From Pristiophorus japonicus (Eukaryota), in assembly GCF_044704955.1 (NCBI RefSeq), contig NC_091985.1, positions 203,298,001-203,362,000 on the forward strand: a stretch of DNA of 64,000 nucleotides. The letters run 5' to 3'. Shown here one piece after another: positions 29,893 through 41,159 of the stretch (the stretch's first letter is position 1; the number at the start of each line of letters is the position of its first letter). The notes below the pieces were generated by a model, which was not told the DNA's origin, did not search any database, and saw nothing but the letters and a program-made list of their open reading frames with translations. Position numbers and translations under genes: made by a program.

Positions 29893-31220
29893 ACATAAGA
29901 ACATAAGAAATAGGAATAGGCTATTTGGCCCCTCGAACCTGCTCTGCCATTTAGTAAGAACGTGGCTGGTCTGATCATGGACTCACTTCCACTTCCCTGC
30001 CCGCTCCTCATAACCCTTTATTCCCTTATCGCTCGAATATCTGTCCATCTCCGCCTTAAATACATTCATTGGCCCAGCCACCACAGATCTCTGGGGCAGA
30101 GAATTGCACAGATTTACAACCACCTGAGAGAATAAATTTCTCCTCATCTCAGTTTTAAATGGGCGACCCCTTATTCTGAGACTATGTCCCCTAGTTCTAG
30201 TTTCACCCTATGTGTGGAAATATCCTCATTGCATCCACCTTGTCAAGCCCCCTCATTATCTTATATGTTTCAATAAGACCACCTCTCATTCTTCTGAACT
30301 CCAATGAGTATTGGCCCAACCTACTCAACCTCTCTTCATAAGTCAACCCCTTCATCTCCGGAATCAACCTCGTGAACCTTCTCTGAACAGCCTCCAATGC
30401 AAGTATATCCTTTCTTAAATACGGAGACCAAAACTGTACACAGTACTCCAGGTGTGGCCTCACCAATACCCTGTACAGTTGTAGCAGGACTTCTCTGCTT
30501 TTATTCTCTATCCCCCCTTGCAATAAAGGCCAACATTCCATTTGCCTTCCTGGTTACTTGCTGTACCTGCATACTAACTTTTTGTGTTTCATGCACAAGG
30601 ATGCCCAGGTCCCTCTGTACTGCAGCACTTTGCAATTTTGCTCCATTTAAATAATAATTTGCTTTTTAATTCTTTCTGCCAAAGTGGACAACCTCACACT
30701 TTTCCACATTATACTCCATCTGCCAAGTGTTTGCCCACTCACTTAGCCTGTCTATATCCCCTGCAGATTTTGTGTGTCCTCCTCACAACTTGCTTTCCCA
30801 CCCATCTTTGTATCATCAGCAAACTTGGCTACATTACACTTGGTCCCTTCATCCAAATCATTAGTATAGATTGTAAATAGTTGAGGTCCCAGCAACGATC
30901 CCTGTGGCACCCCACTAGTTACTGTTTGCCATCTGGAAAATGACCTATTTATCCCGACTCTCTGTTTTCTGTTAGTTAGCCAATCCTCTAGCCATATTAC
31001 CCTCAACCCTGTGAACTTTTCTCTTGTGCAGTCACCTTTTATGTGGCACCTTATAGAATGCCTTATGGAAACCCAAATACACCACATCCACTGGTTCCCC
31101 TTTATCCACTCTGCTCATTACATCCTCAAAGAACTCCAGTAAATTTGTCAAACATGATTTCCCTTTCGTAAAAACATGCTGACTCTGCTTGACTGAATTA
31201 TGCTTTTCCAAATGTCCTGT
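29893..31220 (-). mobile_element. CR1 LINE, 5'-truncated
   Basis: ORFs 31032-31265, 30752-31087 (KFADDTK) and 30203-30541. Confidence 0.95.
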
Positions 31221-31334
31221 GACAGATGTTAGGCTAACTCGTCTTGTAACACTGTTGTGAATCACCTTGGGACGTTGGACTACATTAAAGGTGCTATATC
31301 AATAAAAGTTATTCTTATTATTGTTATTAATAAA

Positions 31335-31435
31335 GGAAAGCTGCAGGTTTGTTTGCCACCACCGAGATTCATCAAGATGTAGAGCGCATGCGTGGCCATC
31401 TTTGCAAAACAGCAAAGTGTGGGCGGGGCTACACG
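31335..31435 (+). promoter_or_regulatory. Promoter of zinc-finger gene A
   Basis: GCGCATGCG at 31383, YY1-type GCCATCTT at 31394, GGGCGGGG; inverted paralogue at 63700-63795. Confidence 0.65.
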
Positions 31436-31439
31436 GTCC

Positions 31440-31712
31440 CAGTGAACCCAGCCAGAGTCAGCACCTTCAGGGGAGGAGAGGGAGGGGAACCAGTGAGTGT
31501 AGAACTGAACCCTGACAGAGTCAGCACCTTCAGGGGAGGGAGAGGGAGAGGGGAACCAGTGAGTGTAGAACTGAACCCAACCAGAGTCAGCACCTTCAGG
31601 GGAGGAGAGGGAGGGGAACCAGTGAGTGTAGAACTGAACCCTGACAGAGTCAGCACCTTCAGGGGAGGGAGAGGGGAACCAGTGAGTGTAGAACTGAACC
31701 CAGACAGAGTTG
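31440..31712 (+). repeat. 60-66-bp tandem repeat, 4+ copies, each with a GTGAGT donor
   Basis: Units gagtcagcaccttcagggga...ggaaccagtgagtgtagaactgaacc. Confidence 0.9.
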
Positions 31713-32003
31713 GTGGTGAAAACTGGTAGTGGAGAATACGGTGTCTTCAGACGTGCGATGTGTTTGAATTTCAGCACAGGGAGGACGGAGAGTGTATGGG
31801 ATGAGGATTTACAGCTTTGGAGGAACAAGAGAGGCAAGAATGTTCCATGGATTCTACAATTGTCTGTTCTGAATTTGTGTCCTGTACTTGCAGTAATGGT
31901 TTCTGTAAACTCCTTTCCAGGGTATTAGAAGGGCAGGATTTGCAGACTGGAAACTCAAACCAAACTTCGCATCAAGTTCTGACTGAATCACTCGATTCCT
32001 CAG

Positions 32004-32466
32004 TGTCGAGGAAATATTTAGCTTAAATTAACTCAGGCGGAGACTTTCAGAAGTGCACTCCGAGAGAATTTATTTTTAAAAAGCGAGATATATCTTGGAG
32101 AGCCTGCTTGGACCGTACCAAGGCAAAACTCTGCTGTACAAGCAAATTGTCCCTATCTTTATACAGAAATTGAATACAGAAATAGAAAAGGAATCTTATT
32201 CATTAGTCCCGCGAGTACAAAGGTCGTCTCGGGAGGTACACACTCTATCTGTCCTTGCATAGTTTCTCTCTGTTCACAGTCTGATAAGCAGAATAAAAGG
32301 AGACTCCCTTTTAATACCAGATGGTCATTTAATTGCATCTCTAAGTTTCAAGGCTAAAAAAGCGTGGCTATTTTTCTAGTCCTATTATTTCTTTAAGCAT
32401 AACAAAAACAGAATTTAACCCTTCCCTTTTCCATAAGCCATAGATTCATAGATTCTTTCTTCCACA
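32004..32466 (-). repeat. 3' LTR (463 bp)
   Basis: About 7 differences by eye from 39525-39987; TATAAA (~32158-32163) and AATAAA (~32070-32075) on the - strand; PPT AAGGAGGGAAT at 32467-32477. Confidence 0.97.
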
Positions 32467-33551
32467 ATTCCCTCCTTGTTGATCTTTTTATTTTTTAGAT
32501 CAACACAATTTCCTGTATTCTCTTCTTGAGCAAAAGTGGGTGTATACCCTTCAGGATAGGGTCGCATTTGGAGATATTCGTCTTCATCAACCTTTTCCTC
32601 TAAGCGACTTAACCTTCCTTTCATGTATATACCTTTTCTTTCTATTTCGGAGAGCAGGCCTATTACTTGACTAATTACATTTTTTAATTTTATCCACATT
32701 CCGCAAAGGATTATTAATAATACAAGCATAATCACACCTACGATTACTATGGGGTGTATAGCAAGCTTCAGTACTGCTGTAATCCTTCATCCCAGGCATT
32801 TCTGATTTTTATATCTTCCCCTACCAGTCCTCCGACGGCCTGGATTTTATTTTGTAGGGTCTCGATATCCATGGAGTTCAATGCTCCTATTCCTGCTCCC
32901 ACTCCACCTAACACAGTCTCTAATACATCCCGTTTCTTTCTTTGGGGTCTTTCTTTTTCAAAAGATACCTTAACACTGGTTGTGTGGCAACCATCTTCTT
33001 TCTTTGGGGGATATTTAATTCGTATTGTTAGATTTAATACACCTGGGGATCTTACCACTGGGATGCAAGTGGTCAGTATCCTTTTTAGATGTCCCGGGTC
33101 TTGGTCTTCTGGGTGGCCGGATTCTTTTACTGACCATTTTACCACAAATGGGTCTCCTCCATTCACCGGGGTGTTATTCATGCACAACATCCGCTGCCCT
33201 TCTACCACCATACTTGTATATGAATAACGGAGGAAGTCTTTTCTCTCGTCCGGCCCTCCTATGTACCCCCATCTCTTGTTTTTCCTCGTGCTGTGGGTAC
33301 ACTTCATCCACACATCGGCCTGGTATTCTATGAACAACTGATATCCTTTCCCCAATATAAACTGGAACTCCCCTCTTTCTTCCTTCATTCCACATGCCTC
33401 ACATCGTGCCGTAAAATTCCCTACCTTACAACTTTCCCTTCCATACTCTTCCTTCTTTTAGGACTTCTTCCTCCTGCCGGGAGTTCCCTGTCGCTAAAAT
33501 GATCAGTATACCTAACGTCCATTTATAATTTTTCCAAGAGTCCCATCCCAT
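32415..33551 (-). pseudogene. env: ERV env (frameshifted, internally deleted)
   Basis: Signal peptide MGWDSWKNYKWTLGILIILATG (ATG 33551), SU 33388-32930, furin site RKKR, fusion peptide DVLETVLGGVGAGIGAL, TM anchor IMLVLLIILCGMWI, tail ending inside the LTR. Confidence 0.85.
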
Positions 33552-33678
33552 CTTCCCTTTCTTGTTTGTTTCTATACCACTCTTGAAATAAGTCGTTACA
33601 ATAACAACACGTCCACACGATAGTAACAGTGACCCAAATAATAAAGGCCCAAACTGGCACACAAATGAGCTCTGACAT
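33523..33678 (-). CDS. Putative 51-aa single-pass membrane accessory ORF overlapping the env start
   Basis: MSELICVPVWAFIIWVTVTIVWTCCYCNDLFQEWYRNKQEREDGMGLLEKL; ATG at 33678. Confidence 0.45.
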   Translation of the reverse strand: MSELICVPVWAFIIWVTVTIVWTCCYCNDLFQEWYRNKQEREDGMGLLEKL

Positions 33679-33766
33679 CTGTCCTTGAATTTTGGGCAAT
33701 ATTTTCAAGTCCAAATATTTAATATAAGAGCAGGTACAGTTCTTCAGCGAGAAGATGGCTGTTTTC

Positions 33767-36700
33767 TTAGTCGAGCGACCGTAGTATGTCCTGGTTCAAT
33801 GCCTTTTCCTTCGGCTGTAATTCGTCGGGGAAATAATATTTACAGCGGGTTGCATGCACCCAGTTCGGGTGCTTTTCCAACTTCAAAGTGGTTCGTGTTG
33901 TGAGAATTATCTGATACGGTCCTTTCCACCTAGGAGAAAAGGATTCTTTATTTAATGTTTTTACTAACACTTGATCTCCAGGTCTGAAAGGGTGCATATT
34001 TCCTTCCGACGGGGGCACCTGTGTCTGCTTTATTTGTTCATGCAGACTTCTTGCTATTTCACACATGGCCTGAGCATACTTTAGTGATTTTTCATCATTC
34101 CAAATTAATGCTATTTTTTCATCTGCCAGTGGTGGTTTTACGCCAGTAGGCATTGGTCTTCCCAATAAGGCTTCATGTGGTGTGAAATCAGTGTTTCGGT
34201 TTTTCTGGTTTCTCATTGTATACAATACTAATGGTAAGGCTTCTGGCCACTTCAGTCCAGTCTCCTGACATACCTTGGTAAGGGTAGATTTTATTACCCA
34301 TTTACTCTTTCTACCATTCCCGAGGACTGTGGCTGATATGGTATATGTAACTTCCACTGGAACCCTAACGCTTCTGCAAGGTTTTGCACTATTTTTCCGG
34401 TGAAGTGGGTTCCCCTGTCACTGTTGATTCCCATAGGTATCCCATATCTTGGTACTATTTCTTTAAATAGAATTTTTACTACTGTTCGGGCATTTTCAAA
34501 GGGCATACTTGGTTGGGGTAGATGATCATATCCAGCAGGTGTTTTACCTCTGTTATTTTGTTGACAAATTTGGCATGTTCTAGCAACTTTCTCAATTACT
34601 ACTGTTATTCCTGGTGCATACCACTGTGCATTAATAGCATGTATCATCCCTCCTTTGCCCATGTGAGCCTGACCGTGTGCTAGGCGAGACAGGGGCAAAA
34701 ATAGAGATCTAGGGCAAACAGTTCGCCCATCAGGGTGAAACCAAATGTCATTTTTTAGAAAACAACCCTGGTTTTCCCAAGTTCTTCCTTCCTGCATGGT
34801 AACTTGTTGTTGGGCTGTTTTAAGTTGTTGGATGTCAAGTACCTGTGGAGGGGAAACTGAGACTGCTTGAAGGCAGTCTGCCTGTGCCGAAGCGGCCTGT
34901 TTGGCTGCTTTGTCAGCCCTCCTATTTCCTACTGATACTTCATCCTCACCGGTTGTGTCAGCTGCACATTAGATAATGGCTATCTTACTTGCCAACTGAA
35001 TGGCGTCTAATAGATTAAGCACCAGTTGAGAGTGCTTAATATGCTTTCCACCAGAGGTGATAAAGCCTCTGTTTTTCCACAGTTGTCCAAAATCATGGAC
35101 CACACCGAATGCATATCTAGAATCAGTATAGATATTAGCAGTATGATCTTTAGCTATTATACAAGCTCTAGTGAGGGCAAACAATTCAGCAGCCTGAGCC
35201 GAGGTTCCGGGAGGCAGGGCGAATGCTTCAACAGTTTCGTGGGGATTTACAATAGCATAGCCTGCCAAAAACAAATCATCCGACGGCCTATGTGATGATC
35301 CATCCGTACAGAGAATAAGATCAGGATTGTCCATGGGCTCTGTGAGCAAATCTGGTCTTGGTAAGGTGGCTACTTTCACTGTTAACAGACAATCATGCTG
35401 GTCTGGATCCTCTACTTCTTTAGTAGGGAGTAAGGTGGCTGGGTTCACTACCGGTGCACATCGAAAGGTATAGTTAGGGTGTGACAGCAGTAATACTTCA
35501 TAACCTGTTCTTCGAGACGCTGTAAAGTGTTGTGTGGCAGCTGAATTCAAAAGTAATAACACAGCATGGGCTGTAATGACAGTACATGGATGATCCAAAA
35601 CAATAGGTACCGACTTTTCCACCATGACCGCAGTAGCAGCTACAGCACGTAGACATGCTGGCATTCCCCTTACTACTGGAGGCAGCAAAACCGAATAATA
35701 AGCAACTGGTTTATTTCCCCCACCATGTTCTTGGGTTAGTACTGCTGTTGCAAATCCTTCTTTCTCATTCACATACATCTGAAAAGATTTACCATAATTC
35801 GGAAGTCCCAACGCCGGAGCATTAGTAATGGCTTTCTTTAACTGTTTAAATGCCTCCTCTCTCTTTGGGGTCCACTCCACCTTGGGTGGGGCATCATTTA
35901 GGGCAGCTGTTCTTAGGACCGCATCCCATTCTCGATAATTGTCTGAATTCTTTCTGGTCCTAGCTGCCTCTGCCCTTTAGATATGTGAAAACCCAGGTAC
36001 TGGACTTGAGTCTGACAAAATTGTAACTTTTGTAATGACACTCGGTGCCCTCTTTCACATAGGTGCTGTAACAGTTTCAGGGAATCTTGCATGCATCTGT
36101 ATCCGTGGCTAGAAGCCACAAGCAAATCGTCCGCATACTGCAGCAGTAAAGACTGGTCTGATAATGAACAGTCTTCGAGGTCTCTTTTTACTGCTGCTGC
36201 ATATACTGCGGGGCTTTCGGTGTATCCTTGGGGCAACCTGGTCCATGTGTACTGCTGCTTCTTGTGGGTGAAAGCAAACAGATACTGACTTTCTTGATTT
36301 AACGGGATAGAGAAAAAAGCTGAACACAGGTCTATTACAGTAAAGACAGTTGCTGTTGGTGGTATAGCAGATAGTATAATGTTGGTGTCCGGTACCACAG
36401 GGGTGATAGGGACTACTATCTTATTAATAGCTCTCAGATCTTGCACAAATCTCCATTCATTCGGCCTATTAACCTTTGGTATGGGCAGTATCGGAGTGTT
36501 ACACGGGCTCTGTGTCTTTTCGAAAACTCCTTGTTCCAACAATGCAGAAATGACTGGCTCTATCCCATCTTCTGCCTCTGGAGGCAGTCTGTACTGCCTA
36601 ATGCTTGGTAACACAGCGTTCTTTATCAATTGTACCCGATGGGGTACTGCAGAATGTACTTGCCCAACATGATTCTTATGCTTTGCCCAAAGTTTAGGAG

Positions 36701-37727
36701 ATACTTGATTCAATGCCATTGGCAGCTTAGGTTGTTCAGGGGGTTGCTGTTTTTCAAAAGTGGAGGCATGATTTTTACCTTTCCACTGGAGAATCCCCCT
36801 GGTGCAGGTGACAAATTCTATCTGAATATTTTACAATTTTATTACTGCCCAAGGTTGATAGCCGTGTTGCTGTTTTTCTCTTTCTATTCCTACAATCATC
36901 GGACCCATATCTTTAGGTTTCGCTGGCGGTTTTACAGCCAATGTCAGATGGGGTGTCGAGTTCTCTTCTCTATACCGCTACTGCTGTAAGAGTGTCAAAT
37001 CCATGGCTACCCCCAATCCTTCTGGTCCAAAATAAATGCGGGGCGTAGCTTCTACTATTTCTTCTCTATTTAAAAAGGATTGTACCAAACACTGGTAAGT
37101 TTCAGCTTTTTGGCGAGTGTACCAGGCTGTACAGTGAAGCTGAACTGCCTCAAAGCTTGTCAAAATTATATACATCAATTCTTCAGTATTAGAGTCAAAT
37201 TTAGCTTTTAAGTTTTGTATAACTTCATGTATCAAGGGGGAATAGAAGTTGCCAATCAATTGCCAACAATAGAGGGCAGCCTTTTCTTTGTTATCCTCCC
37301 TTTTCTCTTCTTTAATCCCATTAAAGAACTGCTGAATATTATTTGGAGGGAGCTCCATGAACATTCCTTCCTTTGTGCAATAAATTGTGGCTCCTAGTTT
37401 GCACAAAGTCTGTCTTCCCAATAAAGGGAGCGGTGTTGTTTTAGAGACTATCAAAGTCTCATCATTAACTGATTGACCTTCAATTATCAATTTGGTAGGT
37501 TCAGATAAAAATTCTTTCATGGGGATACCGGCCACACCCATACTTAAGACGGTGGTGTTGCTGACAGGTAATCCCACAGAGGATGGTACAGAAGACATAG
37601 TAGCACTGGTATCCACCAGGAATTTCACATAAGTGTCTCCTATTTTTACTACTGCCAGAGGGTTTTCTTCTATGTCTGCTGATAAGCGGAGGGCTGCCGC
37701 CTGTACCACTAAGCCTCCGGGGCATCC
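33767..37727 (-). pseudogene. pol: ERV pro-pol: protease, 2H-like insert, RT, RNase H, integrase (stops, frameshifts, deletion)
   Basis: FLVDTSA (PR); FVQDLRAIN, LPQGY, QYADDLL (RT); TDGS, AQAAEL, YTDSRYA (RNase H); HHCC, SDRG, GMVER, WKGPY (IN). Confidence 0.97.
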
Positions 37728-39179
37728 CTATGCTGATTATTCTGTGCCTGTCCTCGTCCCTTTTGCTGATTTACTGACCTGTTTTAGCCTTATTTTCCTT
37801 ATAGGTAAATAGTCCCTCTCTATCCATGTTAGCCAGTACTGTAACTGTCTCTTTCCAACTTTTTCCTTGCCAGTCTAAAACCCTTATTTTGTATGTTCTT
37901 GCTTGTTGTGGCAACATACAATTTAACAAGGTTTGCACTGCCAAAGGTTCATTTTGATCCATTGGTATTCCTGCATGCTCGTCCCAACTATTTTTCCATC
38001 TGCCTGCAAAATCTATTCTTCTGCTTTCTGCAAGCAGCGGGTGACTTCCCCTATATCTCCATGCTTTTTAGCTCCCTTTAATATGGCATCCTTGCCCCGG
38101 TGCTGCAACCAATGTTCCCGGGACTCATTTCCTTCTATTTTCCCGCCAATCTCCGTTTTCGCCGGCGGGTATAGGGAACATATCTTTTACCCCTTGCCAA
38201 GAGGACCCATATGCTGCCTGCAGTAATAATTTCACATCTCCGGGGAGGGGGTTATAAATGGTACAGGTTTGCTCAAGCCAGTTGTGAAAGGCTACTGGCT
38301 TATTAACAGGATTAGGGGCAGCTGATATCATATCCCGAGCTTCTCCCGGTGTCCAGGGCTTTAGGACAGCCATTGTTCCGATCATTACACGGGGGGCTTG
38401 TGTCGTGGGGGTAGTGGAGGAATCGGCCTGTCTTGTGGTATTCCTGGTAGTCATTCCTGGGGCAGGGGTTGTGCTATCATCCACGACTCCTCCCCCCCGC
38501 CCCCCGTCTCCATTTTCATTTTCTAGTGGGTTTTGTGGATTTTCTGGTGTGTTTTGTGGATTTCCTGATGGGTTTTGTGGATTTTCTCGTCGCCTAGAGG
38601 CCTGATCCAGCTGAGCGGCCACTATTTCTATAATCTCCTGCCAATCATCCGGCTTGGTGGTTGGAAGACGGGGGTATAAGCCGACAGGGGAAGCGGTCAA
38701 AACCGGGGCACTCGGGGGCTGTAAGAGGGAGGGGGCTTCTCCTTGCCCTCCTCCTCTTTCTTTTTATTTTTAGGGGGCTGGTGCCTCTTTGCCACCTCTG
38801 TCCATTTTTTAAAACAATTCTCCATATAATCTTTATCCCAAGTGGGGTCCCCCGCCCCATTTTTGGTGGTCTGTCTCCATTCCTCAATTAAGGACAATTT
38901 AAAACTTCCTCCATATGGCCAATCCCCATCAGACCAACCGTACAAATCGCTACTAAACATTACCGCATATCTGTCGTCTCCTGTTTCTTTAATTACAGTG
39001 TCCGCCGGCGAGCCGGGCGGCACAATGGGATCTCCTACCTTCTCTCGTTGCTTTACTACCTTACTGATTCTTTTCTCAGTCTTGGGATGTACTTTCATTC
39101 TTTCAGTTGAGAGGTCGTCCTTCTTTCCTTTTCTAGGAGCTGGGCGCGAGCACCCTGCTCGACTTGAGCCGTTTCCCAT
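37728..39179 (-). pseudogene. gag: ERV gag (frameshifted)
   Basis: MGNGSS myristoylation start, WPYGGSF, late-domain-like PPSY and LYPRL, capsid-like KPWTPGE; TAG-GGA at 37730 in frame with protease. Confidence 0.85.
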
Positions 39180-39500
39180 TCTGCCGGGTGCAACGTCTCG
39201 CGATCTTTTCTGAAATGAGAGTTAGGACAATCCTACAAAATATACAATAATTTACAAAGCGCTCACCGGTGTTCTCTTTTCTGCTCAGCTCGGGGTCTCC
39301 TTTTGCCTTTTTGTTATTTTAGCTTCTTTGTGGTAGCTACCTTATGCCTCACCCCCTCCAGGGGATCTCGGCGGCCTGTCCCCCTTTCAGCTAGGACGGC
39401 CTAGGCACCTTCCTCCTTTCAGCTAGGAAGGTCCTTAAAATTCCTCTTTTCTCTTTAAAAGTTAAATTTAGTTCTTTTGGATCTCGTTTTTTTTTTAGAG

Positions 39501-39519
39501 ATCCTGCCGGACTACGCCA
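39501..39519 (-). promoter_or_regulatory. Primer-binding site, tRNA-Ser type
   Basis: TGGCGTAGTCCGGCAGGAT is complementary to the vertebrate tRNA-Ser 3' end ATCCTGCCGACTACG-CCA with one extra base; 5 nt from the LTR. Confidence 0.85.
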
Positions 39520-39524
39520 GAATC

Positions 39525-39987
39525 TGTCAAGGAAATATTTAGCTTAAATTAACTCGGGCGGAGACTTTCAGAAGTGCACTTCGAGAGAATTTATTTTTAA
39601 AAAGCGAGATATATCTCGGAGAGCCTGCTTGGACCGTACCAAGGCAAAACTCTGCTGTACAAGCAAATTGTCCCTATCTTTATACAGAAATTGAATACAG
39701 AAATAGAAAAGGAATCTTATTCATTAGTCCCGTGAGTACAAAGCTCGTCTCGGGAGGTACACACTCTATCTGTCCTTGCATAGTTTCTCTCTGTTCACAG
39801 TCTGATAAGCAGAATAAAAGGAGACTCCCTTTTAATACCAGATGGTCATTTAATTGCATCTCTAAGTTTCAAGGCTAAAAAAGCGTGGCTATTTTTCTAG
39901 TCCTATTATTTCTTTAAGCATAACAAAAACAGAATTTAACCCCTCCCTTTTCCATAAGCCATAGATTCATAGATTCTTTCTTCCACA
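39525..39987 (-). repeat. 5' LTR (463 bp)
   Basis: Direct repeat of 32004-32466, adjacent to the PBS. Confidence 0.97.
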
Positions 39988-41159
39988 CTCAGGACTTGAA
40001 TATCATCGGACTTTGAATGCTGAAGGAGAAATGTTTGTCTGTTCTGTCTGTGGGAATAGATTTCAAACATCAGTGTGACTGGAGAAGCACTGAGACACAC
40101 ACCCGAGTGAGATTGTTCCAGTGCACTGACTGTGGAAAGAGCTTTAGCCAGTTTCACAGCCTGAAAAAACATCGCACCATTCACAGCGGGAAGAAACCGT
40201 ACATGTGCTGTGTGTGTGGATGAGGCTTCAACTGATCGCCCAACCTGGAGAGACACAATGACACCCACACCACGGAGAAACCGTGGGAATGTGGGGATTG
40301 TGGGAAGGGATTCAATTACCCTTCTGATCTGGAAGTTCATCAGTTCAGTCCCACCGTGGAGAGACCGTTCACCTGCTCTGAGTGTGGGAAGAGATTCACT
40401 CATTCATACTACCTGCTGATACACCAACGCATTCACACTGGGGAGAGGCCGTTCACCTGCTCCATATGTCGAAAGGGATTCACTCATTCATCTGACCTGC
40501 TGACACACCAACGCATTCACACTGGGGAGAGGCCATTTATCTGCTCCACATGTGGGAAGAGATTCAGTACCTCATCCAACCTGCTGGTACACCAGCGAGT
40601 TCACACTGGGAAGAGACCGTTCACCTGCTCTGAGTGTGGGAAGGGATTTACTCATTCATCCCACCTGCTGGTACACCAGCGAGTCCACACTGGGGAGAGA
40701 CTGTTCACCTGCTCGGAGTGTGGGAAGGGATTCACTGTGTCATCCAACCTGCTGGTACACCAGCGAGTTCACACTGGGAAGAGACTGTTCACCTGCTCGG
40801 AGTGTGGGAAGGGATTTACTCATTCATCCCACCTGCTGGTACACCAGCGAGTCCACACTGGGGAGAGACTGTTCACCTGCTCGGAGTGTGGGAAGGGATT
40901 CACTGTGTCATCCGACCTGCTGACACACCAGCGAGTTCACAAGTGACTGCAGGGGTTAGATTCTGCTGTTGTTGCTGCTTTTATTCACATCCTAATGAAC
41001 AGTGTTCATTCTGTTAGTTAGTGTTTGTTTCTGCTGATAACCCTTCAACTAGGCAGGAGTTTAATATTTTGATATTTCAAATAACTGTTGTTACTTGATG
41101 TCTCCAAGATAAGAGGAGACCAATTAATGACCTGTTTCTGACTGCTCCATTTTTATTGG

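Larger units (their letters stand above)
32004..39987 (-). mobile_element. Endogenous retrovirus, full-length defective provirus (class I/epsilon-like pol)
   Basis: Two TG...CA LTRs, CTCAG TSD (31999-32003 and 39988-39992), PBS, PPT, and gag-pro-pol-env remnants. Confidence 0.98.
31774..40946 (+). pseudogene. C2H2 zinc-finger gene A, split by the ERV; 7 intact fingers at 40356-40946
   Basis: Colinear with gene B (61100-59830, -). The MEKPW start has mutated to ACG (40272), with TGA at 40221 and a frameshift near 40350; TGERPF linkers. Confidence 0.85.

Noticed and set aside
39936-40403. 155-aa ORF on the - strand running into the 5' LTR
   Set aside because: Antisense of the zinc-finger exon joined by chance to the env-tail codons in U3.
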